64,000 bases of DNA from an uncultured Verrucomicrobiae bacterium (GTDB taxonomy: Bacteria > Verrucomicrobiota > Verrucomicrobiia > Opitutales > JABDGR01): contig CAVXVB010000008.1 of assembly GCA_963765205.1 (NCBI GenBank), positions 1-64,000 of the forward strand, written 5' to 3'. The stretch's first letter is position 1. Each line of letters opens with the position of its first letter. Made by a program: the position numbers and the translations under genes. Below are positions 56,017 through 64,000 of this stretch, piece after piece. Below the pieces are notes generated by a model that made no database searches, was not told the DNA's origin, and saw only the letters and a list, made by a program, of their open reading frames with translations.

Positions 56017-57381
56017 ATGACTGACGGCGACACCATTTCTTCCTCCGCGACCGCCTGGGGGCCGGACGAAGCAAGCGCACTTAAACCGGCGGACTTGCGC
56101 GGCATCCTGCGCTATGTCCCGCAGTTCCGCGACCATGTGTTTGTTTTGGCCGTGGACGGGAGCATTGTGGACGACGAAAATTTTCCGAACCTGCTAACGG
56201 ATATCGCGGTGCTGCGCAGCCTGCACATCCGCGTCGTGCTGGTGCATGGCATCGGGCGGCAGCTCAAGCGCCTCGCGGAACAGCGGCAGGCCGCCATCTC
56301 CGATGTCTATGGCGGCGGGCCGACGGACGCCGCGACGTTGAAGCTGGCGATCGAGACCTCCGCACAGGTCAGTCACCAAGTCATCGAGGGTCTCACGCAC
56401 GCGGGGCTGAAGTGCGCGCTGAGCAACGCGGTGCGCGCCGTGCCAGTGGGTATCGTGAAGGGCAAGGACCAGCTTTTCACCGGCAAGGTGGACAAGCTCG
56501 ACGTGGAGTTGATCCGGCAACTGCTCAACCTCGACATCGTGCCGGTATTCTCCGCGATTGGCTTCGACCGCGACGGGAATTCGCTGCGCATCAATTCCGA
56601 CCACTTGGCAAGCGAGCTGGCGATGCGGTTGGAGGCCTCGAAGCTGATTTTCCTCACACCACACGCGGGGTTGCTGCTGGGGGGCCAGGTCGAGGCGAAC
56701 ATCCCGCTCGAGCAGCTCGAAGCCATGCTGGAAAAGCACGCGGAGCAAATTGACGAGCGGCTGCGGAGCAAGGCGCTCTACGCCGTGCGCGCGCTCGAAT
56801 CCGGCAGCACGCCCCGCGCGCACATCCTCGACGGCCGCGTCTTCGGCGGGCTGCTGACCGAAATTTTCGACAAGGTCGGCGTGGGCACGATGATCCACGC
56901 CAACGATTACCAGCAAATCCGCCCCGCCCGCAAAAAGGACGCCCAGGCCATCTACAACATCACCCGCGCCGCGATCAAGACGGAGAAGCTGCGCCAGCGC
57001 ACGCGCGACCAGATCGAGCGCGACATTGACAATTACTACGTCTATGAAATTGACGGCAGCGTGATCGGCTGCGCCTGCCTGCTGCCCCTCGAGGGGACGG
57101 ACGCCGCCGAGCTGGCCTCCTTGTTCGTCACGCCGTTCTACCAGGGGCGCGGCGTCGGCCACAAGCTGGCGGAGTTTGCGTGCCTTGAGGCGCAGCGGCG
57201 CGGCCATGCGCGCGTACTGGCGCTCTCCACCCAGAGCTACTCGTTTTTCCGCGACGTGTGCGGATTCTCGGACGGCACGATTGAAGACTTGCCGGCGGCC
57301 AAGCAGGAGGACTACGCGAAAAACGGCCGCAACTCGCGCATCCTCGTCAAGCGCTTCGTGCCCGTGGCGAAGCAGCCGTGA
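56017..57381 (+). CDS. argA: N-acetylglutamate synthase (AAK + GNAT)
   Basis: VLVHGIG, RAHILDG, GVGTMI, C-terminal GNAT, RNSRIL. Confidence 0.93.
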   Translation: MTDGDTISSSATAWGPDEASALKPADLRGILRYVPQFRDHVFVLAVDGSIVDDENFPNLLTDIAVLRSLHIRVVLVHGIGRQLKRLAEQRQAAISDVYGGGPTDAATLKLAIETSAQVSHQVIEGLTHAGLKCALSNAVRAVPVGIVKGKDQLFTGKVDKLDVELIRQLLNLDIVPVFSAIGFDRDGNSLRINSDHLASELAMRLEASKLIFLTPHAGLLLGGQVEANIPLEQLEAMLEKHAEQIDERLRSKALYAVRALESGSTPRAHILDGRVFGGLLTEIFDKVGVGTMIHANDYQQIRPARKKDAQAIYNITRAAIKTEKLRQRTRDQIERDIDNYYVYEIDGSVIGCACLLPLEGTDAAELASLFVTPFYQGRGVGHKLAEFACLEAQRRGHARVLALSTQSYSFFRDVCGFSDGTIEDLPAAKQEDYAKNGRNSRILVKRFVPVAKQP

Positions 57382-57839
57382 GTGAAATCTCCTATCGGTG
57401 GGCCGTCCCCGGCGATATTGAAGCGCTGGTCAATTTGCGCCTGGAGTTTCTGGCGGAAGGCGGACAGGGTGGCGGCGAAGCAACGGGCTTGCCCCAGGCC
57501 GTCCGCGCTTATTTTTCGACGATGCTGCCGCGCGGCGATTTTGTGGCCGCGCTGGCCGAAGCGGACGGCATCATTGTCGGCGTCAGCGGAATGGTTTATG
57601 ACCGTCACCCACCCCGCCTGAAAAATCCCTCCGGCATCCAACCCTACATTATGAACGTATATGTGCGGTCGGCATACCGCGGCCGGGGCATCGCCACCGA
57701 GTTGCTAAAAATGCTGATCGGCAAAGCCCGGGCATCCGGCAGCAAATTAATCACGCTGCACTTCTGGCCGGGAAAAAGCGCGCTTTATGCCAAAGTGGGC
57801 TTCGTCCCCACGGAAGCCGAAATGAAACTCGAATTGTGA
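57378..57839 (+). CDS. GNAT family N-acetyltransferase
   Basis: NVYVRSAYRGRGIA, LYAKVGF. Confidence 0.9.
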   Translation: MSEISYRWAVPGDIEALVNLRLEFLAEGGQGGGEATGLPQAVRAYFSTMLPRGDFVAALAEADGIIVGVSGMVYDRHPPRLKNPSGIQPYIMNVYVRSAYRGRGIATELLKMLIGKARASGSKLITLHFWPGKSALYAKVGFVPTEAEMKLEL

Positions 57840-57893
57840 TGATGCTAACCATTGTAATCACTGTCCTCCGAATTTCAATATCACTCGTTTTGG

Positions 57894-58183
57894 TTACATT
57901 TTTAATAGCAATACAACTAAAATTATAACCCAAGAAATTGAAAAAAAAGCGCCCGCTTGCTTTGTTTATCATTCCTCTTTATGGAAATTGCCGCGGCAAT
58001 GCATGTAAGAATAATACCTGAAACCATGCCTAAAACCATCGGAAAGATTATTCTCATCCCCAGCCAGTCATCCTCATCTTTGGGCTCCAGAAACGCAAAT
58101 AACAGACCGCTCCCTATTGTAATAATTGGGATCAACGCGGCTACCAGCCACCATTTGCTGGATCTTTGGATGGATTCTGCCAT
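57894..58183 (-). CDS. Small AT-rich membrane protein
   Basis: MAESIQRSSKWWLV... with two TMs; one extra T in the T8 run would add a third TM (FSISWVIILVVLLLKM*); as read it stops at 57923. Confidence 0.55.
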
Positions 58184-58190
58184 AACTCCC

Positions 58191-59627
58191 TCATGCGTTT
58201 TGCACGAATTCTGTGACGATACCATCAAACGACCCATTGGTAAAGAAGACGGCGAGGCTCGGCTGGTGGTCCGGGTCGCGCGCGATTTCGAGCGCGGCGG
58301 CGAGCAATTCCGGATTCGTGTCGAAATGCCGGGCCTTGGCGAGGACGCCGGGGAGGTGCGCGACTTCCGAGTTAATCTCGGCGCAGACCGCATCCAAATC
58401 GAGCCGCTCCGCCTCCGGGGTTTTCTCGCCCCGGTAAATGGGGCCGATGAGGACGTGGTCGGCGGGCGCGAGCGCGGCGGGCAGCCCGCCCTGGAAGACG
58501 CGCGTGCGCGCGGTGTTGCTGCGCGGCTCGAAGCAGGCGAGCAGGCGACGGTCGGGATGGCGCTGGCGCAGGGCGGAGAGCGTCTCGCGGATGGCGGTGG
58601 GATGATGGCCGAAATCCTCGACGACCATGATGCTGGCGTCCTCCCGCAAAATTTCCTGGCGGCGGCGCACGCCTTGAAAAGACGCGAGCGCGGCGAGCGG
58701 CAGGCGCGCGGGGTTTTCGGGATCAAGCGCGAGGCCGACGGCGAGCGCGGCCATGGCGGCATTGCGCGCGTTGAACAGACCGGTGAGGCCCCACTGGACG
58801 GTCTGCCAGGGCTGGCCGCGCCAGGTGAGGTCGAAGCGCGCGCCGCTGTCGTCCTCGGCAAAATTCTCGATGCGCAGGTCGCACGCTTCTCCGGTGCCCA
58901 CGCGCACGAGGGTCGTCCACGGCGCAGGCGGCAGGGCGGCGATGTTGGGGTCGTCGCCATTGAGGAGCGCGAAGCCGTTGCGCGGCACAATTTTCAGCAA
59001 GTGGGCAAAAGTGCGCTGCACGTCGGCCAGGTCGCGGAAAATGTCGGCGTGGTCAAATTCGAGATTGTTGATGGTGACGAGCCAGGGGTAGTAGTGGATG
59101 AACTTGCTGCGTTTGTCGAAAAAGGCCGAGTCGTATTCGTCGCCTTCGATGACGAACGGCGTCTCCGGCCGGCCGGCCAGCGCGCCGCCGGGCAGGTCGC
59201 GCGGCACGCCGCCGATGAGCCAGCCGGCCTCGACGCCGACCGCGCGCAGTAAAAACGCCGCGAGCGTCGCGGTGGTCGTCTTGCCGTGCGTGCCGGTGAT
59301 GACGAGGTTGCGCCGCCAGCGCAGCATGATTTCGCCCAAAAAGGCGGGCAGCGAAACATAGGGCAGCGCGCGGGTGTCGAGCAGCCACTCCATTTCGTCG
59401 TGGCCGCGCGTAGTGACGTTGCCGACGATGACCAGTTCGGGCCGCAGGCTGAACAGCCGCTCGTGGTCGTAACCTTCGAAAATTTGAATGCCAGCTTCGC
59501 CCAACACACTGGACATGGGTGGATAAACGCCGGTGTCCGCACCGCACACGTCGTGGCCGAGTTCGCGCGCGAGCAGGGCGGCATGGCCCATGGCCGTCCC
59601 GCAGATTCCCATGAAATAGAGGCGCAT
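58191..59627 (-). CDS. mpl: Murein peptide ligase Mpl (MurC-like)
   Basis: GICGTAMG, GTHGKTTT, EGDEYDSAFFDKRSKF, DFGHHPT, EPRSNT. Confidence 0.93.
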   Translation of the reverse strand: MRLYFMGICGTAMGHAALLARELGHDVCGADTGVYPPMSSVLGEAGIQIFEGYDHERLFSLRPELVIVGNVTTRGHDEMEWLLDTRALPYVSLPAFLGEIMLRWRRNLVITGTHGKTTTATLAAFLLRAVGVEAGWLIGGVPRDLPGGALAGRPETPFVIEGDEYDSAFFDKRSKFIHYYPWLVTINNLEFDHADIFRDLADVQRTFAHLLKIVPRNGFALLNGDDPNIAALPPAPWTTLVRVGTGEACDLRIENFAEDDSGARFDLTWRGQPWQTVQWGLTGLFNARNAAMAALAVGLALDPENPARLPLAALASFQGVRRRQEILREDASIMVVEDFGHHPTAIRETLSALRQRHPDRRLLACFEPRSNTARTRVFQGGLPAALAPADHVLIGPIYRGEKTPEAERLDLDAVCAEINSEVAHLPGVLAKARHFDTNPELLAAALEIARDPDHQPSLAVFFTNGSFDGIVTEFVQNA

Positions 59628-59693
59628 AGCGGGATGTTGGGGGGCAGACTTTCCGGCACAAGACGGAAAACATTTTTATGCGAAAAGCATCGT

Positions 59694-60884
59694 TCACCGC
59701 CTAGTGGCGGCAAGTTCACTTAGGCGGCAAATGATGTCCGCCGGAGTGCGGTCGGGGCGGGCAGCGAGGACACGAGCGCGCTCGGCGGCGTGCGTGGCGG
59801 GGTCGGCCAGCCAGGCGCGGACAATGGCGGCGAAGTCGGCGGAATGTTTGAGGACGTGGCCGAAGCCGTGTTCGCGGCAAAACTTCACGGTGATCATTTC
59901 CTGGGGCATGATGCCGCCCAAGGTATTGAAGAGGATGGAGGTGCCACACAAAATCGCCTCGGTGGTGGTGCCGGTGCCGGGGCGGGCGACGACGACCGAA
60001 GTGACGCGCATCAATTGCGCCAAATGCGGCATTTTTTGCAGCGGCCGCACCGGTAATTCAGGATGGAGCTTGGCCCAGGCCTGCAATTCGGCCAAAGCCC
60101 GGGCATTGTCCCCACAAAGGGCGATGACTTGCGCCGGCGCGGGCAGCGGGCCTTGGGCGACCAGGGCGTCCAGCAGCGCGCGGTGGTTTTGGGCGCTGTT
60201 GGCGCCGGTGGCGAGCAACAGTGTGAAGCGGCCGGGGGCGAGGCCGATTTCCTCACGCAGAAACTTTTCGTTAGCAGCGGGGTCGGGCGGAGCCCAAAAC
60301 GCCGGATGGAGCAAAAATCCGCCTAGAAATATGCGTTCGCGGGCCTGGCCGAGCTGGTGGGCGAACTCGCAAACCTCGGGCACCGCGCCGATGAACAAAT
60401 CCGCCTTGGGATTGACCCAGTGTTTGCTGAAGCCGTAGCCGCCATGGAGTTCGGTGCAGTAAGTCGCGCACTTGGGCGGCGCGTCGGGCAACGCCGCCCG
60501 GGCGACGGCAAAGAAGCCGTGATTGAGGTGGTCGTGCGTGCTGACGATCAGGTCCGGCCGCGCCTGCCGGACTTTTTTGACATAGACGGCGCGGCCCATG
60601 ACGCCGCCTTCGCCGGATCCAGCGCAGAAATTACTAATTTCAAGGATATTGTAATAAATATGGTGCAGGCGCGGCCAATAGCGCTGGATGGCGTTGTAAA
60701 TGCCGACACCCAAGCGGTAAATGACGTGCGTTTCTTCGAGCGCCTGCTGTTGCTCGACGGCCCAAGGAGGCGTCGGGGCCACGCGGGCGGCCCAAGCCTG
60801 CAAGGCGCGCGCGCGCGCATCGTGGCCGCCGCCCGTGCTCGAGGTGAGCACCAAAACACGCAGGGGGTTCTCATTCACGCGCAA
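59694..60884 (-). CDS. MGDG-synthase/UgtP-like glycosyltransferase (GT28)
   Basis: LTSSTGGGH, PDLIVSTH, ARPGTGTTTEA, PQE. Confidence 0.82.
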   Translation of the reverse strand: MRVNENPLRVLVLTSSTGGGHDARARALQAWAARVAPTPPWAVEQQQALEETHVIYRLGVGIYNAIQRYWPRLHHIYYNILEISNFCAGSGEGGVMGRAVYVKKVRQARPDLIVSTHDHLNHGFFAVARAALPDAPPKCATYCTELHGGYGFSKHWVNPKADLFIGAVPEVCEFAHQLGQARERIFLGGFLLHPAFWAPPDPAANEKFLREEIGLAPGRFTLLLATGANSAQNHRALLDALVAQGPLPAPAQVIALCGDNARALAELQAWAKLHPELPVRPLQKMPHLAQLMRVTSVVVARPGTGTTTEAILCGTSILFNTLGGIMPQEMITVKFCREHGFGHVLKHSADFAAIVRAWLADPATHAAERARVLAARPDRTPADIICRLSELAATRR

Positions 60885-61387
60885 ACCTCCGGGCGGGTGG
60901 CCCCTGCGCCTTGGACCAGGCTGCGGCCGGGCCGGTTGAGCAGCCGGCGCACGCGCCAGCGTTCCGCGCGCGCCACGATGAAGCCCGCGCAGGCCGGCGC
61001 GCCGCAGCGGCAGGGATGACCGGGAAAAGCGGCCAGGCGATAGCCGTAATCGAAGGTCAATTCTTCGCCGACAGCAATCGCCCGCAGGGCGCGGAGACTG
61101 AGGTGGCTTTCAGCGGCCACGGCCTCGCAATTGGGATCGCAACTATGGTTGGCGAAGCGCGCCGCATTGTCCGGCTGGTCGCCGTCGAGGTCGTGGTCGG
61201 AATCCAGTTCGAAAATAAAAACATTGCCCTGCGCCCCGCGGCGGCGGGCGGACTCGGCCTTGGTGATGCGTTCGCCATGATAGCCGACGACCGGCGCACC
61301 GGCGGCGAGGTCTTGCACCGCGAACAATCCGCGCCCATGGATGTGCGAAAAGTCCACTCTATAAACAGGTGCGGTCATTGAAGTCAA
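60875..61387 (-). CDS. SET-domain protein lysine methyltransferase
   Basis: IHGRGLFA, ARFANHSCDPN, EELTFDYG, post-SET CRCGAPAC. Confidence 0.93.
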   Translation of the reverse strand: MTSMTAPVYRVDFSHIHGRGLFAVQDLAAGAPVVGYHGERITKAESARRRGAQGNVFIFELDSDHDLDGDQPDNAARFANHSCDPNCEAVAAESHLSLRALRAIAVGEELTFDYGYRLAAFPGHPCRCGAPACAGFIVARAERWRVRRLLNRPGRSLVQGAGATRPEVCA

Positions 61388-61396
61388 AAAGGCGGC

Positions 61397-62755
61397 CTAT
61401 AAATTGCGGTTGATGCCCTTCTCGGTCAGCGGCAGCCACTGGCCGCGGCGGAAGAGGGTGACTTGCCCGGTACTCGCGGAAACCACGATGGCCAGGCAAT
61501 CGGCGGCCAGCGAAATCGCGCAAGCGGCGGCGTGGCGCGAGCCGAGGCCGCTGGGGAGCTGGTGCGCGTAGTCGGGCGCATGGATGAGGCTACCGGCGGA
61601 GACCAGCACGCCGTCACCCCGGATGACGAAGGCGCCGTCGAGCGAGGAGAACTCCTTGACGGTTTCATCCATGAACGGGTTGAGAATGTTCCGATCCTCC
61701 TCCTTGTAGCCAAAAAAGGGATTGAGCACGAGCGGCTTGATGTAGGGCTGGATTTTTTCCGATTCGCCGAGCACGAAAAGGCAGCCGACGGGACGGCCTT
61801 CGCGCCCCTCGATGGCCAGTTCCGTGGCAACGCCAAGCACGCGTTCCAGCACCTCGGGTTTGACGGTCTCCGGCAGCATGTCGGTCTGGCGCGTGAAAAC
61901 CGACTGGAATTCGCGCTCGACATCCACGACCACGACCGTGTCAAACTGGTTGCTGGCGGGGATGCCACCGAGGCAGCAGAGGCGCTCGTCGTTGCGAATG
62001 ATGCCGCGGGTCAGGCCGATGAGCACGGCGCTGCGCAACTGGCCGAGACGGTTGTTGGAAAAGGACCGCACGGGAATGATGGCATCCGCCACGCCCGGAA
62101 GGTCGGCAACTTCATGCGCGGTTTGCGTGACGAGAATGGTCTTGAGCGCGCCGAACGCGTGGGTGAGGTCCACGCCGCCGGCAAATGTGTCGCCAAACAC
62201 CATGATGGTTGAGCAGCGGGCGCCGCGGGCGACTTTGGCAGCGACGTTCAGGATGAGGCGGTTGAACTTGCTCTCGTGCGAATCGGTGCGGCCCGCGCCG
62301 CCGCGGAAGACTTGTTTGACGATCTGCTGAAAGGTTTCAAGGTCCGGGGCTTCGGTGAGGCGGTCGAGCAGCGCGCGGTCCTCAATGACGCGGGCGAGGG
62401 AGGCGAGTACGGTGAGATAAGATTTTTCCTTCTCCCCGGCGAGCATCAGGAAAACCAGGCGCAAATTCTTGTAATCGCCGGCCCCGTTGAACTCCAGCCC
62501 GTGCGGGCAGCGCCCGACGACGAAGATGTAATTGAATTTCATCGGCACGCGCAAGTGCGGCAGGCCGACGCCGTGGCCGAGATAGGAGGTCATCGTGCGC
62601 TCGCGCTCGAGCAGTTCGGCGCGGAGCTGCTCGCGGGTGCGCTTGGCAAAAATCTGGACGGGCAGCGCATTCAGCAACTCGGCCAGCGCGGAGCCGAAAT
62701 CGCCGCTGCGCAAATCAAGAATGCGCGATTTGGCGAAATATCGGTCGAGACGCAT
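61397..62755 (-). CDS. Diadenylate cyclase (DisA_N) fused to N-terminal PTS EIIA-like domain
   Basis: LERE..TSYLGHGVGLPH (EIIA); EGREGRPVG, SLDGAF, GSRHAAA, VSASTG (DAC). Confidence 0.88.
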   Translation of the reverse strand: MRLDRYFAKSRILDLRSGDFGSALAELLNALPVQIFAKRTREQLRAELLERERTMTSYLGHGVGLPHLRVPMKFNYIFVVGRCPHGLEFNGAGDYKNLRLVFLMLAGEKEKSYLTVLASLARVIEDRALLDRLTEAPDLETFQQIVKQVFRGGAGRTDSHESKFNRLILNVAAKVARGARCSTIMVFGDTFAGGVDLTHAFGALKTILVTQTAHEVADLPGVADAIIPVRSFSNNRLGQLRSAVLIGLTRGIIRNDERLCCLGGIPASNQFDTVVVVDVEREFQSVFTRQTDMLPETVKPEVLERVLGVATELAIEGREGRPVGCLFVLGESEKIQPYIKPLVLNPFFGYKEEDRNILNPFMDETVKEFSSLDGAFVIRGDGVLVSAGSLIHAPDYAHQLPSGLGSRHAAACAISLAADCLAIVVSASTGQVTLFRRGQWLPLTEKGINRNL

Positions 62756-62870
62756 GGCAGGTGGCGGGTGGAAAAAGGTTAAGCTAACGGGATGCGGTCA
62801 GACCGCACAATCCTATTGTTCCCGCAGACGACATATTCCGGCTGGGAGAGAATGACCGCGTTAAAATTTC

Positions 62871-63245
62871 TTAACGCTCCCAGTCAATGGCGCCTTTGCG
62901 CAACTCATACCCGAGGCCGAGCGCCAGCACTGCGGTGAAGAATAGTAAGGGAAGCACAATGGGCAGGTGCGCGGCGATGAATTCGCGGTAGATCAGCACG
63001 GCTGGCAGGAGAAAAACCACTTCGAGGTCGAAGATGATGAAAAGCATCGCGGTGACGTAGAATTTCACCGAGAAGCGCGGCTGCGGCTCGCCGATGGGGT
63101 CCATGCCGCACTCGTAGGCCGAGTCCTTGCGCGGGTAGGGCGCAGCGCGCTGGCCGAAGAGGCGGTTGCCAATTAAAATGGCCACCGCAATCCCCACGGC
63201 GAGCAGGAATTGAATCAAGACCGGAAGATAGGCTGGCAAATCCAT
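62871..63245 (-). CDS. nuoA: NADH-quinone oxidoreductase subunit A
   Basis: AYECG, FYVTAMLFIIFDLE, KGAIDW. Confidence 0.95.
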   Translation of the reverse strand: MDLPAYLPVLIQFLLAVGIAVAILIGNRLFGQRAAPYPRKDSAYECGMDPIGEPQPRFSVKFYVTAMLFIIFDLEVVFLLPAVLIYREFIAAHLPIVLPLLFFTAVLALGLGYELRKGAIDWER

Positions 63246-63318
63246 GGCCACCAGCAAACACGGCCGCGCGCGCGGTGGCAAGCCGGAAGGTGGACGGAAG
63301 CGCGTTTAAAAGAGCGGC

Positions 63319-64000
63319 CTAAGGACCTGGGTTATTTCCACTATTAGTATCCGGTGCAGGGGCCGGGGCAGGGGCGGGCGCGATTGCAGCCGGCTGGGTT
63401 GCTGAGGGCGGAGCCGGGGCGGGTTGCACCGCCGTTGACGCGGCGGGCGCATGGAGCGTGTCAATCAAGTCCTGAAAGGTTTTGTCATAGTCCTGACTCA
63501 AGTGCCGATCTATCGTCTGTTGATAAATAATGCGGGCCTCGTCCCTTCTATCTAGCTTCTCCAGCAGGTGGCCCAATTCATAGCAACATCTCGCCACCCA
63601 GTAGCGCCCGTCGGGGTCGCGATCCACAGCCAGCGCCGTGTCGTTAGGACTCACGACACAGCTATTGAAAATCTGGTAATAAGTTGGAATCGCGGCCTTC
63701 ATGGCAGAGTCGGGGTTGGTTTCGTCTTCCGCCTGCAGATGCCCCAAGAGGACGCCCGCCTGCACATGGGCGACTGGGACCAGTTGGGTTTTATTGAAGA
63801 GGTCTTCGAGTTCACTCATCGCCACGTTGCGCTTATCCTGCATTTCGGCCTGGCGTTTGGCGGCCGAGTCACCGCCCACCCCGGTGGGAAGGTCGCCGTC
63901 CGATTCCGCCGCCATCGCCACCAGGCACATGGCGCGGGCGATCAGCGCGGCGGAATACATGGTGTCGCTCAACGGCTTGCCCTTCAACAGACCCAGCAAG
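63319..64000 (-). CDS. TPR-like protein, C-terminal part
   Basis: ARCCYELGHLLEKLDRRDEARIIYQ helix pair and Pro/Ala tail; 5' end outside window. Confidence 0.6.
   Translation of the reverse strand, partial: LLGLLKGKPLSDTMYSAALIARAMCLVAMAAESDGDLPTGVGGDSAAKRQAEMQDKRNVAMSELEDLFNKTQLVPVAHVQAGVLLGHLQAEDETNPDSAMKAAIPTYYQIFNSCVVSPNDTALAVDRDPDGRYWVARCCYELGHLLEKLDRRDEARIIYQQTIDRHLSQDYDKTFQDLIDTLHAPAASTAVQPAPAPPSATQPAAIAPAPAPAPAPDTNSGNNPGP

Overview
The window looks like a patchwork of at least two genomes. Bases 1 to about 17,337 are frameshift-riddled, Rhizobiales-like sequence: NSS transporter start, ribokinase, DsbA, Flp pilin, UppP, EcsC-like protein, an MFP plus an RND gene broken mid-gene into an HtpX-like gene, two P-loop genes, monomeric IDH, apt, fused trpE(G) with a complete trpL attenuator, and HlyD, FGE-family and RAYT remnants. 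From about 17,338 to the end the sequence is much cleaner and looks Verrucomicrobia/Opitutales-like (inference). It carries a type II secretion cluster (G'-G-H-I-J-K-L-M-D-X-E-F) whose subunits have unusual Gly-rich inserts and dense N-X-T sequon arrays. It also has a GH27/2xGH29 locus with an L-galactose/L-fucose-type oxidative pathway, two small toxin-antitoxin-like islets, an exosortase / repeat protein / O-antigen-ligase-like group, housekeeping genes, and a PTS-EIIA-fused diadenylate cyclase next to a SET-domain gene. Many frameshifts look like long-read indel errors, so boundaries of split genes are approximate. All calls come from motif recognition, with no database searches. No rRNA, tRNA or CRISPR array was seen.
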